Of a stretch of 64,000 nucleotides of DNA, positions 51,648-64,000 are shown piece after piece. The DNA comes from Takakia lepidozioides. Its lineage: Eukaryota; Plantae; Bryophyta. Each line of letters starts with the position of its first letter. Position 1 is the first letter of the stretch. Where the stretch lies: NCBI GenBank assembly GCA_030704615.1, contig CM060734.1, forward strand, positions 55,118,001-55,182,000, read 5' to 3'. A program made the translations under genes and the position numbers. Under the pieces are notes generated by a model. It worked only from the letters and a program-made list of their open reading frames with translations, made no database searches and was not told the DNA's origin.

Positions 51648-53948
51648 TGTCGCGCACCTCACTTCGGTAAGCTCCTCTTCAAATCATAGTTACTCACTTT
51701 GATGTGCGTGCCTAACTCCCATCCTGGCCGCCAGGCCAACTCGGAGCTTCGGCTGCTCACCGGGATATAACGGTCCCCATTTTCTCCCCCAACAGTCCCT
51801 CCACCAATTTGGGCCTAGTGGAAATTCCCTTTGGTAGATGGCAGTCCGGAATAGCTCCCCACTTCTTGGTCGCTTTCCGGCTCGCTCGCTTACTCACTAG
51901 TTTTTGGTCAGCAACGGACTTGCACCGTTCTCGGGGTTACTACTCCCTATATATACTTCTGTGACTGTCCGCGGGGGTTTCACAAACAACCATGTCATTT
52001 TATGGCGAACCACCACGAAGACCCTCGATTCCTCCCAGTGCACTCTTCTTGGCCCACTTCAAGGCCAAGGAACGGTCCTCCGCAAGGGTTCACCTTGAAC
52101 CTTTTTTTACTAGGAGATAACCTTGAACCAACCATGCATCCCAATCACTACAATTGGGTCCGCCTTGGAATGCTGGCTTGAGGTACGGGAACACGCCGAA
52201 GCCGCACTACGACTTCGTCCCGAGGCTACACAATAGTACGTGAACGGAAGCACGTAGCTTCCACGTTAGCCCGCACTACAAGACAACCCCCTCGGTAGCA
52301 CAGTTATAGTACGCGCACGCGCCAGGTGCGCACTAACACATGAACTCCCAAGGAAGGCGCAAGTTTCCTTGCCCCTTGGATGGGAATCACCCGATTTCGA
52401 CACTACGCAAACACGCGATTAGTCCAATTTACCGCTCCCACTTTTGTAAGCTAGCATGCATTCTACACACTAGCCAACATCATGCATCACCATTCCAAAC
52501 AAAATAGGACGCACAACATTTAGAAACCATTTCATTTATAAACAAAATTTGTACAATACAAGTTTTTGCAATCGGATTCCTAAGCTAGCTAAGCCGGGCT
52601 AAGCATGCATTTCTTCCCCTACGATCCAAGGTTGATGTCCCTATCAACGCTTCTTCCACTTTTGAGGTCGCCCTTCGAAAGTTGCAACCGCCTCGGATGC
52701 GTTTCCCATTTTTGAGGCATGCACCCAAGATGCATCCACATGATGATAGCCCTTCCATTTCACAAGATACTATGTTTCTCGATTCTTGAACCTCCTCGAC
52801 TTGAGCACTGCCTCCACCTCGTACTCAGGTTCATTTTCATGATCCAACAGCACAGGTGGCGGACGCAACACTTGATGCCGATTCGGACGCGCTTCATCTT
52901 TGAAGTACGGCTTCAAAAGGGAGATGTGGAATACCGGATGCACCTTGCTGTTTGCTGGCAGCTCCAATTCATACACGTCCTCATTCATAACCTTCCGGAT
53001 GCGAAAGGGTCCCGCATACGGAGGTACGAACTTTGGACTCACTTCCGAAGGTAGTCGAAAATTCTTGATGTTCAACCAGACCTCCGTGCCTGCCTCAAAC
53101 TTAACTTTCCTCCGCTTCCGATTTGCCTACCGTTCATACCGTTTCCAAGCTTTGGCAATGTTGTACTTTGCGAGCTTCAACAAACGCTCGCGTTCTTCCA
53201 GCACTGCTGTTGCTACCGGTTCCTCAACGTCTTGGGCGGCCTAACTTGTCGGCACCAGAGGTGCTTTTCCATAGACCAATACGAAAGGGGAAACTCCCGT
53301 TGCGGAGTGTTTTGAGTTATTATAACAGAACTCTGCCGCATCCAAGTGCTCCACCCAGTCCGATTGGTCTGCCGACACGTAATTCCGCAAGATCTGCTCC
53401 ACCACGGAATTCACCCTTTCCGTTTGGCCGTCTGTCGTAGGTCGGAAGGCGGTGCTCATCTTGAGCCTTGTCCCCATTTTCTTCCAAAGTGCCTTCCAAA
53501 ATTTACTTGTAAACTTTGGATCGCGGTCCGAGACAATATCCTTCGGGAGTCCATGATGCTTGAAAACGTGGGCGAAATAAAGTCTCCCCGTCTCCTGCGC
53601 CGTTGTTGTCTCCTTGGTGGGGATGAAATGGCCCATTTAACTGAACCTATCACCACCACCATGATTGCATCGAATCCTTTTGACAACGGCATAACAGTCA
53701 TGAAATCCATCGAGACACTTTCCCAAGACCCCTCTAGAATCGGCAAGGGTTGTAACAGCCCCGCTTGCTTTTTGTACTCACTCCGGTTTTGTTGGCATGT
53801 GGTGCATGTCTTGACATACTCCTCGGCCTCCTCCCTCAGTTTGGGCCAGAAATACTCTTTCTTCAAGAGTGCCACGGTGCGCTTGGCTCCGCCGTGGCCC
53901 GCAAGCGGACCATCATGGTATTCTCTCAAGAGACTATCTCTGATCCCT
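51648..53948 (-). mobile_element. Truncated third copy of the chromovirus (integrase, chromodomain, 3' region, partly deleted 3' LTR)
   Basis: LTR terminus TGTCGCGCACC at 51648. A deletion at ~52030 joins the LTR to the 3' region. Homology stops at ~53948. Confidence 0.93.
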
Positions 53949-56015
53949 CATTTCCATAGATTTCCACAATCTGTAGGTATGCCCCCAAAAACTGCGTCAA
54001 ACGAAGCTCATATGACAAAGATATGGCCAAACAGGCTTTGTAAATATAATATATGACCTTAAATGGAAACAAATACAAGGAAAAACTATTTTCAATTGGT
54101 TTCGTTTGGTTCCCTGTTCCCACGTTTTATTTTATGTTGTTTTTGCGATTCCCTGTAGGTTCCCATCAAGTTCAAAATACAGTGCCCTGCGAGTGCCCGC
54201 AAAATCCCCCAACCGTTCAGAGCCTGACACCCCTTCGGCCAGCGATTCAAGAGCAATTGGCCCTCATTTGAATTAACTAATCAACTTCACAGCCATCCAC
54301 CATTTTTCAACTTCAATTCCAGCTTCATCTTGACGTGGTGGCCAGCCATATCGTTGAACGTTGGTATTCGAATGGCAGACAAAACTATCCCGGATCAGTT
54401 CCAATTCAAATAGCCCACCATGGAAAACACAGAGATTAATGAGATCACCACAACCTGGTCACGGCGGAGGAGCTTGTCAATCTTCTTCACACCTTCCTCG
54501 AGTCAAGGCCATCCAAACTCCACTGTTTGCAGGTCTCCAATAGTCTCAAGATCCGTCATGTTCATCTTGCCACAAGACTGATCACTCAGTCATTCCATCA
54601 TTGAAGTGCGCATCGCCCATTTTTGTGTGCCATTTGTCTCTTCACATTTAACCAAACGACTATGTGGAGTATATAGCCCAGTGTCCTCGAACTCGACAGC
54701 AACTGCCTCATCTCGTCGTTCAAGGAATCCGTCAAACAAATCGCCAGTCCTCTTTGTGATCTTCTTGTCAAGCAAACTGAACTGGTCCATATAGCATCAT
54801 TCGATTTCAAAACCATCATATGTTGTTCCCTAGCACTGGTGAGGCCGCTGTTGCACTGGCCACGCCTGTCACGACGTTCCAACTGACAGCCATGCTAGAG
54901 ACAATTGCACCACTACAGCCTGCTGTGCCGTGCCTGGCGAGGGCCGCGCCATTAATAGCCTCCTTATGTGTGGCCTACTAGAGTACTGTGAAAGCTTCAT
55001 ACAACAAAACTCGGTCTTAAATGTTCCTGGCTGCACAGGGTCTAAGAGTCCGACCAAGCATCTTGTAGCTCGTGTATTCCTCTGCTCTGGCTACCCTGCA
55101 GGCTCCACGACTGTATTATGTGGTTGCTTCAACGCCGCCCAGCCCCTCTTTGTGCCTGCACTGTCTCACCAGGTTGCAGCAACCGCTAGCCCCTGTGACT
55201 TCATCGCCCAATATGCTACTGGGAGGCTAACTATGGGCTGATCACCAGACTCTTTTTCTTGTGCACATAAATATGCTAGGCTTCAGATTCTGACAACATT
55301 TATGACACAAACAACACTCCACCAGCTTTTTCACGGCCCACTTTGAACAAGCCGCTTTGCTCTTTCACCAACTTGCAATCAACAACCTGCCGAGCTGTTT
55401 GTCCGCACAACTGCTACTCCGGCTTTGTACATCCTGCGTAGAGCCTACGAGGCTGTCCAAGCCTCCATCCTCTTATTTGGCATCCTGTGTTGTGCCTCCC
55501 ATGCACGCCATCGTACCATACCGCAAACAAAACCAACATCAATGACTTCTACCTTAACCACTCATTAGGAGTTGTGCTTTCCCTACTTCAAATACCATCG
55601 ACATAGTGCTAACATAAAAGAACTCTATCTAGCTTAGCACTACAAAAATCTAGACAGAGCATCTCTCTCGAGTGAAATGAAAACTAAATTCACACTGGCT
55701 GTTGACACAAAACACGAAATACAATATAATCACTCGTTAAAATAAGAGTCAAGCCAGGGGCACCCCAAGCTATGGGGACTCCACCCCACAACATCCTACT
55801 CTCCCTCCATAAGTACACTCAAATGCTAAGCAACGAGGGAGCTCGGTCGTGCAGGCTCAACTCGAGAGAGATGAGCCGCACGACTGACGAGCTCGTGAAG
55901 ATAAGATGGTTCAGGTGTCAAGCCAAACTTGACACCTGACTTAACACTTGAACTAATTCCAAGTGTTAAATATAAATAACTAGATTTATTCTAGTTAGTT
56001 TCACACTGTGTTTAT

Positions 56016-56762
56016 TTAACTTGACATCCTGAAAAAAATCTTGTCTTCATTTTGAATATTGGATGTTTTTGTTCTGCACCATGGGTGCCCGTCGTGTTTC
56101 TTGTCCATCCCGTGCATCATGCTTGTTATATCTCCAACTCGTGGAGGAGGAGGCAGCTCGAATAGGATATCCCCATCAAAAGTCTCCGGCATGAACTTCA
56201 CTGGCACCTGCTTGAAAGATTCCCAATCAAATCTCCGCAACTCACTTTTGAAACTGGCCATTCTTCCTATCGCCCGTAGTTTTGGAATGACACTACAAAT
56301 CTCTTCTTCATCCGCTTCCACAAATAGCGTAGTAAGCACTGGAGTTGGAGTTTCACTTATGTCAACATCGGACGAATCCAAAAGCTCAACGATTGGAGTG
56401 GAGGATGTTTGTTCTTTTTTCACCACCACCTCCCTTTTGTCTTCAACGACCGAAGCAGCAGTCCCCGGCGTCATATATGATCCAAGGGACTTTCGCCGAG
56501 GCTCTCCAAGTATTCTGTATCTCCCAGGGCGCAGTCTCCACCGGCTGACATGAGCTATCTCATCACGGTTTTGGAACGAGTATTTCAACAACTTCCCGTC
56601 CAAATCGTACACCTCTTTCTCCAAGAAGATGGAGCCATTTTGAAGCTCAAACCGGGTAGCCAAGACATGTTCCAAAACAATTGCAAATCCATTGTCAAGG
56701 GCGTTTTTGGAGAAAGACACTGGTTTATCGTCAGAAAAGAACTCTGCTTCAGAGGAAGCCAT
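56016..56762 (-). pseudogene. N-terminal fragment of the GCM-like/Mutator-type transposase (family copy 2)
   Basis: Homologous to the first ~250 aa of 15927-18119: GFAIVLE, EKEVYD.DG, TPGT.ASVV, SELR..DWES, FDGDILFEL.P, GMDKKHDGHPWCRTKTSNI. Truncated at ~56020. Confidence 0.92.
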
Positions 56763-57539
56763 GTTACCTCCTCCCACGGGGTGTTCTCTTTCCTGAGTTG
56801 CTCATTTGCGAAGTCAGATGACTCAGGTGTACACCACACTGGGCAAGCATGCGCATAACATACACGGTGAAAGCACCCGTTCCATGAAGATTGTGCATAT
56901 TATGTTATTCCATATAGTTACCTGTCACGTTGCGCGGGTACGGTTCTTGACAATCCGCCATCAAATTAACATGTCAGATCTACAATCCGCATTGTCTTCT
57001 GAGCAAATTTGACAAATGATCAACCCAATTTCAAAGAGTCGGCCCAAAACCATAAAAGCCCGCCGCCTTCCTCGAAGCCTGCTAGTGGATCTGATGCAGG
57101 GATGATGGCAATATAAGTGATGTACATACATCGTTTATCCGACCATGACTAGATTCACTTCGCCTTATCATCTTGAAGATTTAACAATTATGCATGAAAT
57201 GGCCCAAAACTCTCCACGCACGCATATTCCCTGAAACCATAGGTAGGCCTCATCCTAAGTACTTCAAGAATCCTCATCTATGAGGATGTACGATGAAATC
57301 AACGAAGCCGTCCCAAAAAGACACATGTTTATTTTATGTTAGCAAACGCCAACAACCCAAAACAGTTGCACAAAAGGAACAGGTGTCCCAATTAGGTTAC
57401 GCCATTTGCACTTAAGTCATTCATTGTCGTAACAGACACGCGAGAGGCAATCGGACGGTGCCAGAGACACTCCCAAAAATACGGAACTGCGCAAGACACC
57501 GAGTCTTTTCTTCTTTCGAGTTTCTGAACGAAGAGGAAG

Positions 57540-60045
57540 AGAAGTAGTCAAGCTGGAGAGGGTTCCTTGTTCGGTTCGGAAAAGAAGGAAGTCATTGTAT
57601 TTTACTTCCCTTAGAGAGAGGCTCAGATCAAGAGAGCAAATGACGAGGCGTCGCTTGCAAGATGGTGCTGGGCTTCGGCTGCATGTGAACGTGGACACAG
57701 GTCCAAGAGAAGAGCATTTGGGAAGTGAGAATGAGGTCGCCGCTGTCATAGCAACAAATGGAGCAGTGAACGTAGGTAACCAGATAGTGCCAGACGAGTT
57801 CTTGCATGAAGAAAAGAGAACAGTGGGAGGAGCAGAGGACGTCATACAGGGAGGAAGTTTGCGAACCCTGCATCAGACAGAAATGGTGAGCACTCCATAT
57901 CCACATACTACTGTTTTCATTAGCCGTGGATGCATTCTCTTTGACGTGCAACTCAAGATCATGGTGTATCATGTTTTTAGACCGATGGAAAAGGGAAGAG
58001 GAAAGCAGAAGAGGGTGATCCAAGCGATGCCGCCACAAAGCCGAAGAAAAAGAAGGGATCCGTAAGTGGTCTCACCCGCTCTTCATCCTCTTTCTGATAT
58101 TCGGATGATGTGGGATAAGCGAGGATCGGTGGCGATCATCGGTTTATAGAGTAATCTCCTTAGTGTTGTAGTTCAGCACATTGAGGAAAGGCAGGCAGGC
58201 AGGCAAGGATGAGTTTCACGACAAAAGGAATGATCGGTGCCGACCATCACCATTGTCAGTGCTTGGTGTAGGCCAAATTGATAGTGATGGAACAGGGCCA
58301 AGGAACTTAATTCATAAAATTGCAATGACATAAAAGAGATGATCGTTGCCGATCATTGTTGTCACGTCCTTTCCATTGTTGTTCAACTCAGACTAGCAAT
58401 GGCGTGGTTCTGTAGGAAAGTGATGATCGGTGCCGACCATCACATTCAGACCTGGGCAATTGTTCATCCCAGAGCAGTCTGAATGTGATGATCGGTACGG
58501 ATCATCACTTTATGAAATGATTTGGTCTTACCCCAGAATCTAAAAGAGCAAACCAACACCTTCTAAACTGAAAAGATTTATGATGTACAAGGTCCATTCC
58601 ATTTAATTGGAGGAATTGCATTGACGGAAGAGTGATGATCGAAACCGATCATCACTTTCTGAACTGATCACAGAATCCAAACGAGGAAACCAACCCTTTG
58701 CTAAGTGAAAAGTTCTAGGTTGTAAAAGGTCCAGGGAACCTAATTGGTGGAATAGCAGTATTAGAAAAGCGATGATTGGTGGTGATCATTGCTTCCATGT
58801 CCATTTTTTTTCGCTAAAAACCCCATACAGAGAAAGGCGGGATTCTGCAGAAAACTGATGATCGGTGCCGACCATCACATCTAGACCTCTTGGGTGTTTG
58901 AATCCCAGGGCAGTCTGGTTGTGATGATTGTTACCGATCATCACTTTCTGAAAGTTCGTGAATCTGTATAGCATGCAAGTGAAGAACCAATATTGACAAC
59001 AACTGAATCCTGAAGGGAACAAACAGGGCTAGGAAACCTTGCATGCTTGCATCATCACTGTCATCCCAAATCAGATTGGGAGCTTTAGGGTTTGTCGTTT
59101 TGAAAGGCAGATAGTGATGATCGGCACCGATCATCATTGTCTGTTCAAATGTTTAAAGGAAAACCGGATGTCTGAAGTCTTCAAATTAACAGTCAGAAAG
59201 TGATGATCGGTACCGATCATCACTATTCATTGACTTTCGTTTGTAATTTGAGTTAGGCAAACGTGTTTTGTGCATGAATTGCAATTGTTGATTGCGATGG
59301 TCGGCACCGATCATTGCAGTGTATTGTCAATTGTGTGAACCTGCAATCGGAAACCACCTGCATTTCCAATTCATTTGTTACAAGACAAAGTGATGGTCGG
59401 TGTCGATCATCACTATTTAAAAATGTTTGTTTCCTGAACACCAGTTGATTGTTGCTCTTGTGGGTTTTGGGCATGCAGAAAAATGTTAAGTCTAAGCAGG
59501 GAGAAACAGAAGCATAAGGCTCTGTAGAAGGGGACGATTCCACGAAGAGTTCTGAAAACAACGAAGACACAGACGAGCCTGAATTGCACTACCTTGACAA
59601 GGTGAAAGAACTTATGTCATATCAGAAGATAAATTCCCAGGAGGTTATTAGGGACATGATCGTCTCCGGAGGACGTCTTGAAATCCCTCTCTGCTGGATG
59701 ATCTCAATGCCTGTTGTTCGTCCTCCATTTTTACATGACATTACCAAGTTGGAAACAAATTTCGTGCACGGATACAGAATGGGTGCACAAGTTTTCTACG
59801 TCTTACTGAAGGATACAAATGGTAACAGCACAAAAGTGAGTCCAGAGATAATGGACAACTAAAATGACTGCTAGAAGGATATCAATGACGAGTTCAAGGA
59901 CTCCATGCTACTCGAAAATAACACCCAACACTTATGCAACCACATGTTCTATGTCTGGGACGGAAACCATCGCCTGCTAGCTTGGATGGGGTACATTGCG
60001 AAACACCATTCAAAAGACAAGGACAAGCATTGTGCTGTGGAGGCA
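57540..60045 (+). pseudogene. 5' half of the ParB-like gene (family copy 2)
   Basis: RKRRKSLYFTS exon, a small exon ~57981-58060, then GGRLEIPLCWMISMPVVRPP..KLETNFVHGY..VFYV and FYVWDGNHRLLAWM. Stops at expected Trp codons. Truncated at ~60045, so the MTase part is absent. Confidence 0.85.
58121..59414. repeat. Array of 13 palindromes, consensus (AG)TGATGATCGG(TA/CA/TG)CCGATCATCA(CT), irregular spacing
   Basis: Copies near 58121, 58229, 58339, 58421, 58486, 58631, 58769, 58856, 58921, 59115, 59199 (perfect 26-bp palindrome), 59293 and 59389. Confidence 0.93.
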
Positions 60046-60069
60046 ATGCCAACACAAGTTCAGGCTACT

Positions 60070-60200
60070 CTTATTCCCAGTCCCAGTACTCCAATCCAGC
60101 TTCCAGTACTCTAGTCCAGTTTCCAGTATCTGGTACCCCAGTCCAGTTTCCAGCATTCCAGTATTCGAGTCGAGTTCCAGTATCTTGTACTCTTGTCCAT
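60070..60200 (+). repeat. Degenerate (T)CCAGT-rich short tandem repeat
   Basis: About ten CCAG(T) motifs within 130 bp, immediately after the truncation point of copy 2. Confidence 0.6.
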
Positions 60201-60641
60201 TATTATAAAGACCATCTTGATTCATGTTTACCCATCATGCATTCGGCCACGCCGACCTTGACTTCTTGTCTAGTCTTATACCTCTAGTCTGATATCTTGT
60301 TTGTGTTCAGTTATGTTCTCGTCCTTGATAAATTCGGATGAAATATTCCCATTACACCTGTCTTGAACTAATTTGAAACTTAATCGCAAGTATGGGTGCT
60401 AAGCATCAAAACCCTTTGCGTAGTCCTGCCTTGGAAAGGATGGCCAACAAAACAAAACCATCTTTTGAGGGGTCATGTTCGCTCTTCACTAACTCCGCTG
60501 TGTGCGTCGTATGGTGGACTCAGGGGTTTTAAAAATTTTCCCCGTGATAATTCCAAGTGAAGATGCTTCCAATGCCTACTAGTATTTGTAGGCTGTCCTG
60601 GGGCTGTTCTTATAAAAAAAAGAAAAAAGAACAGAAAAAAG

Positions 60642-61404
60642 GAGAAGACTATGCTGACCAAGTTTAAGGCAAGCGTGTGAGGTGGTGGGCCCTTTGGCCG
60701 GAGCTCCGAGAGGCTCTGGCAGCCTACAAGTCAAATTAGCGCTTCACACCTCCTATTCCCTCCTCATGCTCCCCATCTTTAGGACCATGTTCCCAAACAT
60801 TCTCCAATTTTGCTCCCATGTTCCCGCTCTTCCCCATTGGACAGGGGAGCAGAGACTGGGAACATAGGAGCGAGCTATGTTCCACAACGCCATGAGGGGA
60901 GCGGGGATCGGGAACAGAGGAGTGAGGTGTGTTCCACAGAACGAGGAGGGGAGAGAGGACCGGGAACAGGGGAGAGAGGACCGTCCCATAAGACGAGAAG
61001 GGGAGTGGGAACAGGGGAGCGAGGCCAAGGGACAGGGATAGGGGAGCAAGCCCGGGAACAAGGAGGTGACAAAGGAGCAGACACTAGGAACAGGGAACGG
61101 AGCAAGGATCTTGGACTTAGAATTATTTTGGAGATGAAAAAATTCAATATTCAATTGCATGTACTTAACGTTTTCAAACTGGCGATTTGAACCTAAGACG
61201 TTGCCGCCACCACACTACGGTCCACTGACATTAGATTTATTATTATTTTACCCTAGAATACAGACTCGCAGGTGAGAGGGGAGGGGGGGGTTGGGATTTG
61301 ACAGTGTGCCCTGCCGGAGCGTCGCCGGTACGGCCATCCCGGCGAAAGTACCGGCAAGGCTCCCTACGCTTGCATTAAACTCGTTGGATCAGCATAGTCT
61401 TCTC
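60642..61404. mobile_element. Non-autonomous Mutator-like element with long imperfect TIRs
   Basis: GAGAAGACTATGCTGA..GTTTAA.GCAAGCGT at the left is mirrored by ACGCTTGCATTAAAC..TCAGCATAGTCTTCTC at the right. Flanks ACAGAAAAAAG / GCAGGAAAAAT resemble a decayed long TSD. Confidence 0.7.
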
Positions 61405-61421
61405 GCAGGAAAAATGGCGTA

Positions 61422-61790
61422 GGGTATGTAGGCCTATGACCGTTCAAATAACGATGGTGAAAAAATCTAACGATGAATTTTTGTCATTTTTATCTCAGGT
61501 AAATTTCATAAGCTGTCCCACATATGGGGCAACCTACAAACTTGGAACTATTTGATTTCATGAATCCTACACAAAGTTGTAGGGTTTCAAAGTCGAACCA
61601 ATCAGAATGCTTGTATACACCAAGAGCCCTATGACCAATCACACTTTTGGGGGGTTATATCAAATGATTGTTTACCAAGTGGCAAAAATGGACAGTCTTG
61701 GGACCAGCACTGCATGGTCATAGGTACTGACAGAAGCGTTAATGGGGTGTTTGGTCATAGACGCCTGTTCGGTCATAGGCCAACTTACCC
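61422..61790. mobile_element. MITE with 21-bp TIRs and TA flanks
   Basis: TA|GGGTATGTAGGCCTATGACCG ... CGGTCATAGGCCAACTTACCC|TA, with internal CTATGACC/GGTCATAG subterminal copies. Confidence 0.8.
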
Positions 61791-62396
61791 TAAGTACTTG
61801 AGTAGTACACTAATGTTTTGTAAAGAATGCACAGAAAGTTTTGTGAATGCGATGTAAGAACGATGGATGAACGTAAGCAGAATTACTGACTTTTGGATCG
61901 AAAGTCCAGGTGGGTTTCCATACTGCAGAAATTACCGCAGCACTCAAAATTGTTACACCGCGGTGAGACCCGCAGGGGCGCGCTCGAAACTGCGAGGTGT
62001 GGAGGGAAAGAACAGGCGAGCGATCTTGTGTGCCTTGATCGGACCCCGCGTGCATTCCCATACCAGGAGTAGCCAAAGGCAGGTGGCGTGATAGCTGGAG
62101 TTCTTTTCTCCCGTGAAGCTTCATGGCAGAATTTCATGAATGGAGAAGAAAGGAAGTGGAAAGAGAGCTTTAGGGGATTAGGGAAGGAGAGGAGAGGGGA
62201 CGAGGGGCGGATTCAACGGATGATCTAAGCGTTTCTCTAAAGCAACATGGCATGCCATGCCAAATTTAGGGGAGGAGGGAGGTGGAGAGAAAGGGAGAAA
62301 GTGTGTTGTATTCGGGGGTACCAGATGTGAGAACAGGGATCACAGGCGAGGTAATGGCTTAGAGTAAGAGGTACAGCGGAGAACAAGTCCAGCCAG

Positions 62397-62903
62397 ATGG
62401 CACAAGTGCAGTCACTTTTGGCAGCATGCGGGGGGGAGACAGTGAAGCTGTTTGATGTGTCCGTTGAAACAGGGGACCCTTGCACTTTCCAGTATACACC
62501 TTCGCCTGGTTTTCAAGTCAATTGCGCACGATGGAATCATACCAGTAGGTCCCTTACTTGCCTCTTTGAATCATCGTATCGGTCCCTAAGCCGTTCCATT
62601 GCTGGAACCCCTCGCACGCTCATGAACCTTTATCTTTTGATAAGGATACTTCTCGAGCTTATAGTGTGCCTTGTTATGCTTCATACTGAGAATATGTGGA
62701 AACCTATTGAAAGCTACGTTTGCCGCAAAATGGTGGTAGCGTGAGTACGTAGGGCCTGCTTGCACTTATCCTGAGACAAGCTGTGTACAGATTTGGTGGT
62801 TGCGAGTGCCGGTGAAGACCGGAAGATATCACTGTGGATGAAGAACGGGCAGGCAATAGGTGTGGTGCCCCAGCTTGGCGGTGAGGGGGACGATTCTATT
62901 GAT
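62397..62903 (+). CDS. NEDD1: NEDD1/GCP-WD gamma-tubulin complex WD40 protein, first two exons (62397-62544, 62791-62903)
   Basis: Spliced translation [64 protein letters not shown] matches the plant NEDD1 N-terminus. GT-AG intron is in frame. Confidence 0.92.
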
Positions 62904-63281
62904 GTGAGTGGTCTCTCGTAGTTACCTCCAGTCCAATCCCTTACACTTTTCCTTCTTTTTCTGTAGAGGAGTGGCAGTGAGTGATCTACAACAAGTTGCT
63001 GGAGCTGGAAGCCATCTAATTGATTATTCCAAACGTGGCGCCTTACGAGTACTTAGTTTCACTATGTGAGCTGATCCAGTCGTTTGATAATAGTAAGTTG
63101 CATGACTGTGGACATATAGTTTTCTTATAACATTCTTCCTCAAAATTTGGCTGCAATGGAGAAATGATTACATCACCGCATTGACAGCCTTGCAATGTGG
63201 TCAATAGAGAGGTGATTTCATTCATCATCCCTGGACGTTTGCTATGGTGTGTCCTTGAGGCCTTAGACCAGTAGATGTCAT

Positions 63282-63781
63282 NNNNNNNNNNNNNNNNNNN
63301 NNNNNNNNNNNNNNNNNNNNNNNNNNNNNNNNNNNNNNNNNNNNNNNNNNNNNNNNNNNNNNNNNNNNNNNNNNNNNNNNNNNNNNNNNNNNNNNNNNNN
63401 NNNNNNNNNNNNNNNNNNNNNNNNNNNNNNNNNNNNNNNNNNNNNNNNNNNNNNNNNNNNNNNNNNNNNNNNNNNNNNNNNNNNNNNNNNNNNNNNNNNN
63501 NNNNNNNNNNNNNNNNNNNNNNNNNNNNNNNNNNNNNNNNNNNNNNNNNNNNNNNNNNNNNNNNNNNNNNNNNNNNNNNNNNNNNNNNNNNNNNNNNNNN
63601 NNNNNNNNNNNNNNNNNNNNNNNNNNNNNNNNNNNNNNNNNNNNNNNNNNNNNNNNNNNNNNNNNNNNNNNNNNNNNNNNNNNNNNNNNNNNNNNNNNNN
63701 NNNNNNNNNNNNNNNNNNNNNNNNNNNNNNNNNNNNNNNNNNNNNNNNNNNNNNNNNNNNNNNNNNNNNNNNNNNNNNNNN
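63282..63781. other. Assembly gap (500 N)
   Basis: Run of N; the rest of NEDD1 is not visible. Confidence 0.99.
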
Positions 63782-64000
63782 TAAAGGAAACACTGGGGAG
63801 CGATAGCTCACAAATCAGGCCCCTTAATTATAGTGAGAGGAGAAATACATAGGGCCCACCCCTGAAAAGGGGCAGTAGCCGCAAGGCGAAGTGGCTCTTA
63901 GTTACGCCGGCCTCGGCCGGAGTCGTCTCTCTCTGAGAGGAGAAAATAACCTCTTTCACATTAACCTCGCCGCTTTCGCATGGGACACCTTTGTGTTTGA

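Noticed and set aside
53950-55560. Coding-like region with short ORFs
   Set aside because: No identifiable domain; probably decayed TE sequence.
58121-59414. CRISPR array
   Set aside because: Spacer lengths vary about four-fold, several are paralogous, the repeats are degenerate and there are no cas genes.
63275-63811. Poly-X ORFs in the track
   Set aside because: Artefacts of the N gap.

Overview
Eukaryotic, repeat-rich land-plant DNA; the gene and TE style suggests a non-seed plant (inference). Host genes: an intronless group-IX AP2/ERF factor (7157-8698, +), the CAF-1 large subunit FAS1 (about 37600-42100, -) and the first two exons of NEDD1 (62397-62903, +), followed by a 500-N gap. Retroelements: one complete chromovirus Ty3/gypsy with a 5-bp TSD (44298-51270), a second copy split by a ~5-kb inversion (29065-35825), a truncated third copy, and a deleted Ty1/copia. 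Several MITEs are present, including a TTAA-flanked piggyBac-like one. The most notable feature is a DNA-transposon family seen in three divergent copies (about 240-2200, 14573-24430 and 56016-60045). The two right-hand copies pair a Mutator-type GCM-like/DDE/SWIM transposase head-to-head with a spliced ParB/Srx-like gene. In the most complete copy that gene continues into a beta-class N4C/N6A-type DNA methyltransferase domain. Both copies carry an array of 12-13 palindromes in the intron just before the ParB exon, with a different palindrome in each; the left remnant has a third palindrome array. All three copies are damaged.
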